Shown here piece by piece: positions 18,033-28,660 of a DNA stretch of 46,717 nt; the first letter of the stretch is position 1, and the number at the start of each line of letters is the position of its first letter. This DNA is from Nanobdellota archaeon (GTDB lineage Archaea > Nanobdellota > Nanobdellia > SCGC-AAA011-G17 > GW2011-AR18): the NCBI GenBank assembly GCA_038046085.1, contig JBBSWW010000010.1, positions 1-46,717 of the forward strand. Direction: 5' to 3'. The position numbers and the translations under genes are program-made. The notes under the pieces were generated by a model. The model was given only the letters and a program-made list of their open reading frames with translations. It was not told where the DNA came from and made no database searches.

Positions 18033-19352
18033 ATGAAAGAAGGAGAGAGAACAGAAATAAAGACAAAAGATGGAAATAAAACAGGAATAATATTGCCATC
18101 AACAGAAAAAGATACAATAATACTAAAACTAGATTCAGGATATAACATAGGAATAGACAAGAAAAATATAATAAGTTCTAAAACAATAGATAAAGAAAGT
18201 AAAACTTCTAAAAAATGGGAGAAGATGTTAGATGAAGAAAAGAAAACAGCACATAAAGAAGAAAATAATAAAAATCTGAAAACAATATTGATATTACATA
18301 CTGGAGGAACAATTGCTTCTCGTGTAAGCTATAAGACAGGAGCAGTAGCACCAAATTTCAGCCCAGAAGAATTACTACAGATTTTCCCAGAATTAAAAAA
18401 TCTTGTAAATATAAAATCAAAACTAGCAGGAATAATGTTCTCAGAAGACATGAGATTTGCACATTATAACAGATTAGCAAAAGAGATAGAGAAAGAGATC
18501 AATAATGTAGATGGAATAATAATAACACATGGAACAGATACATTAGCAATAACAAGTGCAGCATTAGCTTTTGCATTAGAAAATCTGAACAAACCAGTAA
18601 TATTAGTAGGAGCACAAAGATCAAGCGACAGACCAAGCAGTGATGCAGCATTAAACTTAATATGTGCAGCACAATTCATAGCAAAAACAGAATACAATGA
18701 GGTAGCGATATGCATGCATGGAAAATCAAGTGATGAAAATTGTTATATATTACCAGCAACAAAAACAAGAAAAATGCATAGTTCAAGAAGAGATGCATTC
18801 AAGGCAATAAATTCAAAACCAATAGCAGAAGTAACAAAAACAGGAAATGTAAAATTCTTAGAACATTATAATAAAAAAGAACATTCAGAAAAATTAAAAT
18901 TAAAATTATACAATGAAAAACTAAAGATAGGAATCTTAAGAGCACATCCAAACATGTTTGCAGATGAAATAAAGAACTATAGCAAATTTGATGGATTAAT
19001 AATAGAAGGATATGGAATAGCAGGAAATTTCCCAATAAATGTAGTAGACAAAGAGACAAAAGAGCATGACATAATATTAAAAGAATTAACAAAATTAAGC
19101 AAAAAAATACCAGTAGTAGCAACAACACAGTGCATATTCGGAAATGTAAACATGAATGTATATGATACTGGAAGAAAACAACAAGAAGCAGGAATACTAG
19201 GAAACTTACTAGATATGACAACAGAGACAGCATTCATAAAACTAGCATGGTTGTTAAGTAATTATAAAGACAAAGAAACAAGAGAACTAATCTCTAAGAA
19301 TTTACATGGAGAGATAAATCACAGAATAGAGTATCAGGAAGAATTTATTTAA
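18033..19352 (+). CDS. gatD: Glutamyl-tRNA(Gln) amidotransferase subunit D
   Basis: LKLDSGYNIG N-domain; TGGTIASR, HGTDT, GAQRSSDRPSSD, KMHSSRRDAF. Confidence 0.96.
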   Translation: MKEGERTEIKTKDGNKTGIILPSTEKDTIILKLDSGYNIGIDKKNIISSKTIDKESKTSKKWEKMLDEEKKTAHKEENNKNLKTILILHTGGTIASRVSYKTGAVAPNFSPEELLQIFPELKNLVNIKSKLAGIMFSEDMRFAHYNRLAKEIEKEINNVDGIIITHGTDTLAITSAALAFALENLNKPVILVGAQRSSDRPSSDAALNLICAAQFIAKTEYNEVAICMHGKSSDENCYILPATKTRKMHSSRRDAFKAINSKPIAEVTKTGNVKFLEHYNKKEHSEKLKLKLYNEKLKIGILRAHPNMFADEIKNYSKFDGLIIEGYGIAGNFPINVVDKETKEHDIILKELTKLSKKIPVVATTQCIFGNVNMNVYDTGRKQQEAGILGNLLDMTTETAFIKLAWLLSNYKDKETRELISKNLHGEINHRIEYQEEFI

Positions 19353-19397
19353 AAAATTATACGAAAATTATATAAAGTTTAGAGATTATAAAGATAT

Positions 19398-19529
19398 ATG
19401 ACAAAAACCATAACTAAACAACAAAGGAAAGTTAAGCATAAAGAAGAGGATATAGACTATGATTTTATAAGACAAATTGAAAATAGTTTGGAAGACTTAA
19501 AAAAAGGAAGAATTAGGAGAATTGTTTAA
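19398..19529 (+). CDS. Unlisted 43-aa microprotein (MTKTITKQQRKVKHKEEDIDYDFIRQIENSLEDLKKGRIRRIV), antitoxin-like C-terminus
   Basis: Open frame ATG 19398 to TAA 19529; TTATATAAA about 30 nt upstream; SLEDLKKGRI tail resembles small archaeal antitoxin-like proteins. Confidence 0.65.
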   Translation: MTKTITKQQRKVKHKEEDIDYDFIRQIENSLEDLKKGRIRRIV

Positions 19530-20073
19530 AGTCTTCTTTATTAAATAACACACATTTATCGCAAGATATTAACAGATGATTTGATAGAGAAAATCTAGAA
19601 TTTCTTATCTTATCAGTAAAATAGTACAAAATTATCTTCATTCCATAATCATTTCTAATTTTTTCTAATACTGGAACAAAATCTGTGTCACATGAAATTA
19701 GCATTATTAGATCTGCTTTTTTATTCAATGAAATATCCATAAGATCTATAGTAATTAGCGTGTCAACACCTTTTTGGTAATATTTATTATCTATCTTTTG
19801 TAACCTCCCCTCTCTAATTATTACTGAATTATTTTTCAATTTTGAAATAAATGAATCGTAGCCTTTCTTCCTATTAGTCTCTTCAGTATTTGGATTATAG
19901 CTTTGATATGGTGGAGCTGTATAATAAAATATTTTCTCACAGTTAATTTTTTCCTTTTTACATAAATATTCAGAAAATTTTTTAATATTTAATCTAATAT
20001 ATTTTCCATTACCAAAGTATTTACATAAAAGCGATAGATAGGCACCGTCTATAATTACATATGCATTTTTCAT
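19513..20073 (-). CDS. NYN-domain (PIN-like, LabA/DUF88) ribonuclease
   Basis: IIDGAYL, YYTAPP, QKGVDTLITIDL, ISCDTDFVP. Confidence 0.9.
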   Translation of the reverse strand: MKNAYVIIDGAYLSLLCKYFGNGKYIRLNIKKFSEYLCKKEKINCEKIFYYTAPPYQSYNPNTEETNRKKGYDSFISKLKNNSVIIREGRLQKIDNKYYQKGVDTLITIDLMDISLNKKADLIMLISCDTDFVPVLEKIRNDYGMKIILYYFTDKIRNSRFSLSNHLLISCDKCVLFNKEDFKQFS

Positions 20074-20188
20074 ACTTTAAGATAACTTTTATAATTAAAA
20101 CGTCTTATGTAACTTTTAATGAAAAGCTTACAATTTTTATACAGAAAGTTTTATAAATTCTAAGATATGATCAATTATAACATTTTCC

Positions 20189-20221
20189 CTAGTGTTCCTA
20201 TCTAATAAATAGGGACGCTAG
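20189..20221 (+). other. 13-bp hairpin with two G-U pairs; candidate small RNA
   Basis: CTAGTGTTCCTAT-CTAATAA-ATAGGGACGCTAG; pairs fully only as + strand RNA; TTTTATAAA near 20149. Confidence 0.5.
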
Positions 20222-20282
20222 ATGATTATTCTCATAATTATTTTACTAAGATTTATAAATTAAACAACAACTAGAATTCTTA

Positions 20283-21164
20283 ATGATAAGCATAGTAATA
20301 ACAGCATACAAAGAGCCTAAAACAATAGGAAAAGCAATAGAGGCATTCAAGAATCAAAAAATAAAAGAGAAACATGAGATAATAGTGGCAGCACCAGATG
20401 AAGAGACAATACAAGAAGCAAGAAAACATAAAGTAAAGATAATAAAAGATGAAAACAAAGGAAAACCATCAGCATTAAATCTAGTATTTGAGAAAACAAG
20501 AAAATCAGACATATTAATATTAACAGATGGAGATGTCTATGTATCTGAGAATTCTATAAATGAATTAGTAAAACAATTCAGAGATGAAAAAATAGGAGCA
20601 GCAACAGGAAGACCAATATCATTAAACGATAAAAATACCATGCTAGGATACTGGAGTCATCTCTTAACAGACATAGGAGCACATGAGACGAGAAGCAATC
20701 TAGTCAAAGAAGGAAAATTCATAGTATGTTCAGGATATCTAATGGCAATAAGAAATAAAATAGTAGATGTAATACCACCAGATTGTTTAAGCGATGATGC
20801 AGTAATATCAAATCTAATATATGCAAAAGGACACAAGATAACATACAGTCCAGAAGCAAAAGTATATGTAAAATATCCAGATAATTTTAAAGATTGGATG
20901 AAACAGAAAAGAAGAAGTGCAGGAGGGTATTTACAGATAAAAAAATATGCATACAGAAGCGATGGAATGAGAAGTTTCACAAAAGAGAGTGCTGGAATAT
21001 TAAGAGCATTAAGATATCCAAATAACATAAAAGAATTCTATTGGACAATAATATTAGTAATAGCAAGACTATATCTATGGTTAATAATATTCATAGACTT
21101 CAAAATATTAAGAAGAAAACTATTCAAAGATACAGGATGGGAAAGAATAGAGAGCACTAAATAA
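20283..21164 (+). CDS. Glycosyltransferase family 2
   Basis: ISIVITAYKE, GKPSALN, TDGD, SDD, KQKRR (QxxRW-like). Confidence 0.9.
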   Translation: MISIVITAYKEPKTIGKAIEAFKNQKIKEKHEIIVAAPDEETIQEARKHKVKIIKDENKGKPSALNLVFEKTRKSDILILTDGDVYVSENSINELVKQFRDEKIGAATGRPISLNDKNTMLGYWSHLLTDIGAHETRSNLVKEGKFIVCSGYLMAIRNKIVDVIPPDCLSDDAVISNLIYAKGHKITYSPEAKVYVKYPDNFKDWMKQKRRSAGGYLQIKKYAYRSDGMRSFTKESAGILRALRYPNNIKEFYWTIILVIARLYLWLIIFIDFKILRRKLFKDTGWERIESTK

Positions 21165-21200
21165 TTAACTTTATAAGCCATAATAAAACCTAGATTTTAG

Positions 21201-22676
21201 ATGAATAAAGAGAAAATAAAATCCTGGATGAAAGAAAAACATAATTCATTATTTCTATTAATATTATTATTTGCACTTGGAATAAGATTATTATATTTAA
21301 ATGCGAATGCTGCTGTATGGTGGGATGAAGCAAGTTACTTATCAACAGCAAAACATTGGTTTTTTAATGTAAATTATGTACCAAATCCGCAGAATGCAGT
21401 ATTTTTCCCATTGTTATTAGGAATATTCCTTAAGATAGGATTAAATGAATTATTAGTAAAATTCCTAATAGTAGTAATACCTTCAGCAGGAATTGTTGCA
21501 GTAACTTACTTATTAGGAAAAGAGATGTACGATGAAAGCATAGGATTAATAGCAAGCTTCATAATGAGTGTATTCTGGGTTAGTGTATTCTGGACAACAA
21601 GATTCCAACCTGACTTTTTAGCATTATTCTTCCAGATACTAAGCATATATTATTTCTGGATATGGTACAAACATAAGAAAAATATGAATTTATATTTAGC
21701 AGGATTATTCTTAGGACTGGCATTCATAACAAGAACACAGAGCATATTATTAGCAGGAATATACATAATATTCTTATTAATAACAGAGAACATAACAAAG
21801 ATAATAAAAAATAAACATCTATGGATAACAGGAATAATAAGTTTTCTAACAGTATTGCCTTACTTAATATACAATCAGATAAATTATAAGAATGTATTAG
21901 CATTCAGTTCAGGATATAACAGCCAAATAGTCAGCAATACACCATTCGGATGGCATATACTAAATTTTTTAAAAACATATACAGGATTTGATGCGATAAG
22001 CTGGGTATATTTCATATTATTCATAGTAGGAATAGTAACATTATTAGACCTAATATTAGGATTTGACCAGATAAGAAAAAGTGATAATATAAAAATAAAA
22101 GCAGATCTGATGAATGTAATAATAATGTTAGCAGTACTAGCATTTTTCATATTCTATATAAGAGTAGCAGAGGACAGGTGGATAATACTAACAGCAGCAC
22201 CAATGTTCTATTTCATAGGAAAAGGAATCTATTACATATTAGGATTTTTCAAGAACATGAAAATAAGCATCAAAGTCTTCATAATATTAATAATATTAAT
22301 CTTAGGAGCATATTCACAATTAACAACAGCAGACACATTTATACAACAGAAAAAAGACTCATACTTACAGGTAAAACAGGCATCAATATGGCTAAAAGAG
22401 AACACAAATACAAATGATAAGATCGTAAGCAACTCTGCACCGCAAATGACATATTATACAGAAAGAGAAATACTAGATTGGGGAGAGAATGAGACAGTAT
22501 TCAATGAAATATGGGATAAAGAAAAACCAAAATATTATGTAATATCAGGATTTGAGAGACATAGTGACTGGGTCTATGCATATCCACAAAATCACCAAGA
22601 TATATTAGTACCAGTAAAAAGCTATACAATAGATGGAAAACAGCCAATACTAGTTATTTTTGAAGCAAAACATTAA
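21201..22676 (+). CDS. GT-C fold membrane glycosyltransferase (PMT_2/ArnT-like)
   Basis: First-loop WWDEASY, many transmembrane helices, EDRW loop, soluble C-terminal domain. Confidence 0.85.
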   Translation: MNKEKIKSWMKEKHNSLFLLILLFALGIRLLYLNANAAVWWDEASYLSTAKHWFFNVNYVPNPQNAVFFPLLLGIFLKIGLNELLVKFLIVVIPSAGIVAVTYLLGKEMYDESIGLIASFIMSVFWVSVFWTTRFQPDFLALFFQILSIYYFWIWYKHKKNMNLYLAGLFLGLAFITRTQSILLAGIYIIFLLITENITKIIKNKHLWITGIISFLTVLPYLIYNQINYKNVLAFSSGYNSQIVSNTPFGWHILNFLKTYTGFDAISWVYFILFIVGIVTLLDLILGFDQIRKSDNIKIKADLMNVIIMLAVLAFFIFYIRVAEDRWIILTAAPMFYFIGKGIYYILGFFKNMKISIKVFIILIILILGAYSQLTTADTFIQQKKDSYLQVKQASIWLKENTNTNDKIVSNSAPQMTYYTEREILDWGENETVFNEIWDKEKPKYYVISGFERHSDWVYAYPQNHQDILVPVKSYTIDGKQPILVIFEAKH

Positions 22677-23841
22677 TACTAGAATTAAGCATCTTAGAAC
22701 AATTACTTCTAGAAAACCTATCAGTTGATTTAACAATCTTAGACTTATTCTTAACTTTAAAACCAGAATTCAAAATAAGTTCAATCTTAGAGGCAAAATC
22801 TTTAAGATCATAAGGCTTAGCTAACAAACCATTAACATTATTTATAATAATCTCAGAAGGACCTGCTCCATCATCCCATGCAACAACAGGACAACCACAA
22901 GCCATAGCCTCAACTGGAACAATACCGAAATCTTCCTTAACAGAGGGATAAGCAAAAACTTCAGCAAGATTATTCAAAGCAACAAGATCATCATCAGGAA
23001 TGAAACCTAAAAATTTAATATTATTCTCAACTTTTAATTTCTTTGCAATATTAATTAATTCTAATCTATAAAAATCATCAATCTTGCCAGAGAATACAAT
23101 AAGAAAATCCTTATCCTTGAAATATTCCAAAGATTCAACTAATAATTCATAACGTTTATCAGGAATCAACCTGCCATGAGAGATAATAAACTTTTTATTA
23201 ATATTATATTTCTTAAGAACATATTCGCATGATCTCTTAGACAATGGCTTGAAAATACTGTTTATAGTAGGATAACAGACAACAGGCTTAATATTGTAAA
23301 TCTGTTCAGCCCTATTCTTAGTATAAACACTATTGACGAAAACAGCATCAGCATTCTTAACACATTTAATATCATCAGGACGCATCAATCTTCCCAGAAA
23401 AATACCAGAGACAAGAGCAATAGTCCTACCAATATCAAAACCACCAACATACTTCATCCTTTTATCATCCATGTAAAGAAAGTTAGGAGGGTGATGGAGG
23501 TATATAATGTAAGGGATATTATAATTCTTTTTCATGTAGTAACACAACCTAGAACAAAGATAACTATGACTAATAAACAAAGATGAATCCTTATATTTGT
23601 TCAATGAAGCTCTATTAAGAAAAGTCCACATAATCTTCAAGAAACCAAACTTAAGAAATTTACGAGAGTGTTCATTGACTTCAATACCAGGAAACATCTT
23701 CTCTGAAATAGACTTATCAAAAGATGCAAAAGATAGAGAGACATCGAAACTTTTCTTTAAAGATTCAGCCTGAAAACCCATCACTCTCTCAAGACCACCA
23801 AAACCGTGAAGAAAATCATAGATAATAACAACTTTTTTCAT
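22654..23841 (-). CDS. Glycosyltransferase family 4
   Basis: GGLERV, GRLIPDKRY, EDFGIVPVEAMACGCPVV. Confidence 0.92.
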   Translation of the reverse strand: MKKVVIIYDFLHGFGGLERVMGFQAESLKKSFDVSLSFASFDKSISEKMFPGIEVNEHSRKFLKFGFLKIMWTFLNRASLNKYKDSSLFISHSYLCSRLCYYMKKNYNIPYIIYLHHPPNFLYMDDKRMKYVGGFDIGRTIALVSGIFLGRLMRPDDIKCVKNADAVFVNSVYTKNRAEQIYNIKPVVCYPTINSIFKPLSKRSCEYVLKKYNINKKFIISHGRLIPDKRYELLVESLEYFKDKDFLIVFSGKIDDFYRLELINIAKKLKVENNIKFLGFIPDDDLVALNNLAEVFAYPSVKEDFGIVPVEAMACGCPVVAWDDGAGPSEIIINNVNGLLAKPYDLKDFASKIELILNSGFKVKNKSKIVKSTDRFSRSNCSKMLNSSINVLLQK

Positions 23842-24362
23842 TTTAACACCTTCAATTCAGCAATAACCTCAGAAGCAGGAAGAATCCAACAAAAGAACCT
23901 TTCATAAACAGCAGGAGATAAATTAATTATAGGATTCATAAAAAAATTCAAAAAAGTAAAAGACAATCTAGAGAAATTCAGTTTACTATAAACAACAAGG
24001 AATTTAGGAGTATCATAATAACATTTATCTGTGAAGAAATCAAAAGTGAAATAAGAAAAATATCTCTTATGAGTAGGATCACGATAATTAACACCACAAG
24101 AGAAATGAGGAACATGAATCCTGATAATACCATTAGGCTTAGTAATACGATGAAGTTCTCTCATAACTTTAATAAGATCATCAACATGCTCAAGAATATG
24201 AGAACAGAAAACCTCATCAAACTCATTATTCTTAAAAGGATAGGGAAACTTATTCAAAGAATGGACAACATCTACACCTTTCAATTTAAGGTCATCAAGA
24301 TTAACCCAACCTTCAGATTTAGGTTTTATATCCGGACCACATCCAATATTCAATTTTTTCAT
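23838..24362 (-). CDS. SAM-dependent methyltransferase (Methyltransf_11-like)
   Basis: LNIGCG, SHILEH, RITKPNG, DPTH; start taken at MKKLN (ATGA overlap with upstream gene). Confidence 0.85.
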   Translation of the reverse strand: MKKLNIGCGPDIKPKSEGWVNLDDLKLKGVDVVHSLNKFPYPFKNNEFDEVFCSHILEHVDDLIKVMRELHRITKPNGIIRIHVPHFSCGVNYRDPTHKRYFSYFTFDFFTDKCYYDTPKFLVVYSKLNFSRLSFTFLNFFMNPIINLSPAVYERFFCWILPASEVIAELKVLK

Positions 24363-25294
24363 CTTTGAGCCCTCATAAGCCAACCTTTTTCTGTTGATAA
24401 ATTACGATTCTTGAATTTAGAGACAACAGACCCATAAATAAAGATTATTATCCACAAGAATAGAGAAAAAGCAGCTTTAAATGAACGAGTTTTATGAATA
24501 TTTAAGATATAAAAGAACAATAAAGGAATATAAAAATTGAAAAAATTAATATGAACATTATATTTAGAGAAAACCTGATCACGAGCCTTAGCTGTCCTTG
24601 TTTTCTGTTTAAGAATATCCTTAAAAGACATAGTATAAGTAAGAGTGTGCATCCTAGGAAGCTTAGGATTATCAACTACAACAACATTATAATCATTATT
24701 CAAAATTTCTAAAGACCTTTCAAAATCATCACCTAAAGTTGTATTCTCTTTGTATAATCTTTTTCTGAAGACATTAACTAAAAAAGGAAAACCATTCTTA
24801 GAATCAACAATCCTTAAACCATTTTTAACATTAGTATATCTTTTCTTAAGGAATTCAATCCACAAAAAATTACCATAAAGGTTTCCAAGATATGCAAGAG
24901 AATTATTTTTAATACCGGTCTCGTACTCAATAGGAAAAGATTCTGCAACACCACCAACTATAGGATCATCAAACCATGAAATCATCAACTCAAAGTCTTC
25001 AGGATTATTAACTTTGAAAATCCAGTCAGCATCATGGACAATAATAATCTCAGATTTAGCTAACTTAATAATCTTATTAATAACAGCATGCTTACCTTTT
25101 CTTTCATTAAGATGAACATGCTTGACAAATTTGTACTTATCAACAATACTAGAAGTTTTATCTGTAGAACCATCATTACCTACAATGACTTCAATATTAG
25201 GAAAAGATTTTTTAAGATTTTTTAAATTATCAAGAACTTCAGCAATATGCTTTTCCTCATTATGCGCTGCAATCAAAAAAGTTACTTTTTTCAT
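24359..25294 (-). CDS. Glycosyltransferase family 2
   Basis: IAAHNEE, DGSTD, HDAD, GDD, KQKTR; C-terminal transmembrane segments. Confidence 0.9.
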   Translation of the reverse strand: MKKVTFLIAAHNEEKHIAEVLDNLKNLKKSFPNIEVIVGNDGSTDKTSSIVDKYKFVKHVHLNERKGKHAVINKIIKLAKSEIIIVHDADWIFKVNNPEDFELMISWFDDPIVGGVAESFPIEYETGIKNNSLAYLGNLYGNFLWIEFLKKRYTNVKNGLRIVDSKNGFPFLVNVFRKRLYKENTTLGDDFERSLEILNNDYNVVVVDNPKLPRMHTLTYTMSFKDILKQKTRTAKARDQVFSKYNVHINFFNFYIPLLFFYILNIHKTRSFKAAFSLFLWIIIFIYGSVVSKFKNRNLSTEKGWLMRAQR

Positions 25295-26031
25295 AGTTTA
25301 TCATAAATCTTAACAATGAACTTAAATGGGGAATATATTAATCTTAGCCTTACAATAGCCAAGAACATCTCTTTAGAGGCTTTCTTAACATTAAGACTTG
25401 AACCAGGAGAGTCACTCCAAACAGTTGGAATTTCCTTAATAGAAAAACCATTTCTCTTGAACTGATATAATAAATCAACATCAAAAGCCCAACGAGTAAT
25501 ACCTAAATGAGGAAGAACTGATTTTAATGAAGATTTCTTGAATAATTTTGCCCCACATTGAGAGTCATGGACCTCAATACCGAAAAATAACCTTACTAAA
25601 AAATTAAAAGTTCTTGAAGCAATCCTTCTAACAATAGGCTGTTGAGGACTAACTTCAGCACCATCAATCCAACGAGATGCAATAATAGAATCAAAACCGT
25701 CAATATTCTTAACAAGTTCATAATAAGCATCAGGCTTAGTAGAATCATCAGCATCAACAAAACCAATCAATTTTCCATTAGCAGATTTAAAACCTTCAAT
25801 AACTGCTCTGCCTTTACCAATAGCATCATCAAAATTAATATATCTTATTGATTTATATTTTTTAGATAATTTTTTAACAACACCAAGAGTGTTATCCTTG
25901 CAACCATTAAGAACAACAACAATCTCGTAATTTTTCTTATAAACATTATTAAAAAACAGAGAATAATCAGAGAGAGTGGAAGATATCCTTTTCTCTTCAT
26001 TATATGCTGGTATTATTATTGAGAGTTCCAT
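25291..26031 (-). CDS. Dolichyl/polyprenyl-phosphate glycosyltransferase (DPG/DPM synthase-like, GT2)
   Basis: IIIPAYNEE, GKG.AV..G, FVDAD, DSQCGAKLF, WAFDVDLL. Confidence 0.9.
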   Translation of the reverse strand: MELSIIIPAYNEEKRISSTLSDYSLFFNNVYKKNYEIVVVLNGCKDNTLGVVKKLSKKYKSIRYINFDDAIGKGRAVIEGFKSANGKLIGFVDADDSTKPDAYYELVKNIDGFDSIIASRWIDGAEVSPQQPIVRRIASRTFNFLVRLFFGIEVHDSQCGAKLFKKSSLKSVLPHLGITRWAFDVDLLYQFKRNGFSIKEIPTVWSDSPGSSLNVKKASKEMFLAIVRLRLIYSPFKFIVKIYDKL

Positions 26032-27280
26032 ATTTATTCTTATATAAAGTATAAGATAACATCAATATAAACATTATCATCATGACAATACTAAGAGAAT
26101 TAATAACCTGTTTCAAAGAATCATGAAATAATACAATAGAGACTATTTCAATTATATTAAAAAATAATAAAATAAATATAAAACTAATCCTGTTAACAGA
26201 TAGATTATATAAAGCCAAAAGATATGACAATGAAAAAAATGACATCAATAAAGCAAAATGAGCAATATAAGATGCTATCTCAAGATATTCATAACCAAAT
26301 AATAACATGACAATAAGTTTAGGAAGAACAAAATAACCAATAGTAATAGCTGCAGAAATAAGAGCAACAATCAATAATGCCTTATTAAGAATATGAACAT
26401 TAGGTTTTTTCATAGCATCCATCTCAGCAACCTTAGGGAACATAACCATAGAAATTGATAATGAGGCAAAGAAGACTATACGTCCAAGAAGAGATGCAGC
26501 AGCATAAAAACCTGATGATAGATCATTAAAATAATGCTTTACAAGAATAACGTCAAGACTGTAGAAAGCTGTAAGGGACAACATAGTAAGAAGAACAGGA
26601 AAAGAATATTTGTAAATAGACTTAATTTCAATATCTTCTGATTTTTTTGAATAACTTTTACCAAGCCAGAAAAATGAGGCAATTAATGGAATGACATAAG
26701 ATAATATTATACCAATAATAGCACCACTAAGACCAAAACCTAAAAGCACAAGGATAAAACCAAAAATTAATTTAGAAAAAGCTTCAATTACAATATTAAT
26801 ACCAAGAGGCTTGAAAGTCTGATATCCCTGGAAAAAACCTCTGTTTACTGGAAGCAATAAAACAAAAGGTATGAGTATAGATATTATGAAAAGATTGTGA
26901 GTGCTTATATTTATGAAGCTTGCAATAAATGGTGATATAATTATAAATAAAACAAGTGAAACAATACTAAGGATAAATAATTTCTTCAGAGAATAATAAA
27001 AAAGATATTTTATTTTATTTTCCTGACCATTAGCCTTGAATTTTGCAACAAATTTAGATATAGTAGTCTGGATAACATTGAAAGGAACCAATAATATATA
27101 CAATAAAGATAGAATAGCACCTAAAGCACCATAATCAGCAGGACCTAAAATACGACCCATGCCTAAGTGATAAATATAACCAGAAGCATTAGCTATCATA
27201 GTAGCTGTAAAAAGAATAATACCATCTCTAATAAGAGAATCATTCTTATCATATTTGAAAAATTTTTTAATCATATCCAT
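26000..27280 (-). CDS. Wzx/MATE-type oligosaccharide flippase
   Basis: RILGPADYG, LDVILVKHYF..GFYAAAS..VMFPKV; about 12 transmembrane helices. Confidence 0.9.
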   Translation of the reverse strand: MDMIKKFFKYDKNDSLIRDGIILFTATMIANASGYIYHLGMGRILGPADYGALGAILSLLYILLVPFNVIQTTISKFVAKFKANGQENKIKYLFYYSLKKLFILSIVSLVLFIIISPFIASFINISTHNLFIISILIPFVLLLPVNRGFFQGYQTFKPLGINIVIEAFSKLIFGFILVLLGFGLSGAIIGIILSYVIPLIASFFWLGKSYSKKSEDIEIKSIYKYSFPVLLTMLSLTAFYSLDVILVKHYFNDLSSGFYAAASLLGRIVFFASLSISMVMFPKVAEMDAMKKPNVHILNKALLIVALISAAITIGYFVLPKLIVMLLFGYEYLEIASYIAHFALLMSFFSLSYLLALYNLSVNRISFIFILLFFNIIEIVSIVLFHDSLKQVINSLSIVMMIMFILMLSYTLYKNKYGTLNNNTSI

Positions 27281-28278
27281 ATCAAACTCGAGATTATAAG
27301 TTCCATAACAATGAAAGAGTAAACAATCTGATTTTCTGTAAATCTTCCAGTCCTAGTAAAAAGATGAGTCAAAGAGTAAACATTCTTTCCATGAAGAGAC
27401 ATTATCTTACCATTCTTATAATAACCATAATTGTTAGCATGCAATCTAGCCCTAGACTTCAATATCAATTCAAGAATAAAAGGGATACTACATATAATAG
27501 CAGCTCTCTCAAGATTACCAACAATAGCAATAACAGCAATAACAGCACCAAGCAAGTATGTCAACGAATCACCAGGAAGAATCTTAGCTGGAGACTTAGT
27601 ATAGATAAAAAATGCTAGAAGAGAACAGAAAGTCAACAAAGCAATCAATGCAGCAACATAAGACTGATTAACGTAAGCGTAAAGACCAAGCATACCAGTG
27701 TAAACAATACCCATACCAGTCTCTAATCCATTAAAACCTGCAAGCATATTTACCATGTTAGAAGATCCCACAAAACCAAGAGGCACAAGAATCAGAGCAT
27801 AGAAAATGCCAAAATCAACAACACCAATAAAAGGGAGACCCATATCTGTAGTACCAATCTTAATAACCATAAGGGGAACAGCAGCTATAAGAGTGAGCAA
27901 GGGTTTTTGCCATTGTTTCAAACCAACAGAACCATCATGAGATTTATCAATAACAAGATCATCAAGAAAACCAATAATAGTAACTGTAAGTATAGAGAGA
28001 GCTGCACTAAATAATACAACGAGATTATAGTTATTCAAGACCAGACCAATAGTTGTAAATCCAGAAAAAAAAGTCCTTACGAACAAGAATAACATCAATC
28101 CTGCCATGATACCAAACAACACCACTAAACCACCAGAGATAGGAACTAAAGGCTTAGACTCCTTATTCTGATCCTTGACAACAAGACCAATCTTCTTTAA
28201 ATAACGAATAAGCCATGGTGTGATAAATAATACTACAAAGAAGCTGAATAACCCATATAAAAATACAAAATATTTCAT
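27271..28278 (-). CDS. UDP-GlcNAc:dolichyl-phosphate GlcNAc-1-P transferase (AglH/GPT, Glycos_transf_4)
   Basis: DQNK..VP.SGG, IGFLDD, NMVNMLAGFNGLE, PAKILPGDS. Confidence 0.9.
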   Translation of the reverse strand: MKYFVFLYGLFSFFVVLFITPWLIRYLKKIGLVVKDQNKESKPLVPISGGLVVLFGIMAGLMLFLFVRTFFSGFTTIGLVLNNYNLVVLFSAALSILTVTIIGFLDDLVIDKSHDGSVGLKQWQKPLLTLIAAVPLMVIKIGTTDMGLPFIGVVDFGIFYALILVPLGFVGSSNMVNMLAGFNGLETGMGIVYTGMLGLYAYVNQSYVAALIALLTFCSLLAFFIYTKSPAKILPGDSLTYLLGAVIAVIAIVGNLERAAIICSIPFILELILKSRARLHANNYGYYKNGKIMSLHGKNVYSLTHLFTRTGRFTENQIVYSFIVMELIISSLIWI

Positions 28279-28350
28279 AAGAATAGGGCTGGATTTAAGA
28301 TTAAAAAGCTTTCTAAATAAGATTATAAATATATTGCTATTAATGAGTAC

Positions 28351-28659
28351 ATGACAAATGATAAATCTCTTGATGAAATGACAGATAAAGATCTTGGATT
28401 ATTAATGGATGATATTAGTGAAACACTAGAAAGAGCAAGAAAAATTATTGAAAACGTTGAAAATAGAATTGATGAAACAACAAGACATGTTAGAGAAGTA
28501 AATGAGCAAGCTGAAAGATATAGGACTGATAGACTAGAAATTTTTATGGCAGAACTTGAATCCAGAAATATCGAAACTCCTCAATTCATCCGATACCTAA
28601 TGATAGCACACTATAAAGATTTTCGTGCAACAGCAAATAGAGATTATAAACTGAATTAA
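28351..28659 (+). CDS. Hypothetical protein with coiled coil; paralog of next ORF
   Basis: TATA box about 28 nt upstream; shares DLG, TDRL..F..EL..R and N.DY..N with 28661-28864. Confidence 0.7.
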   Translation: MTNDKSLDEMTDKDLGLLMDDISETLERARKIIENVENRIDETTRHVREVNEQAERYRTDRLEIFMAELESRNIETPQFIRYLMIAHYKDFRATANRDYKLN

Positions 28660-28660
28660 A

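Noticed and set aside
18033-19352. gatD without adjacent gatE
   Set aside because: The two genes are unlinked in many archaea; absence from one window is uninformative
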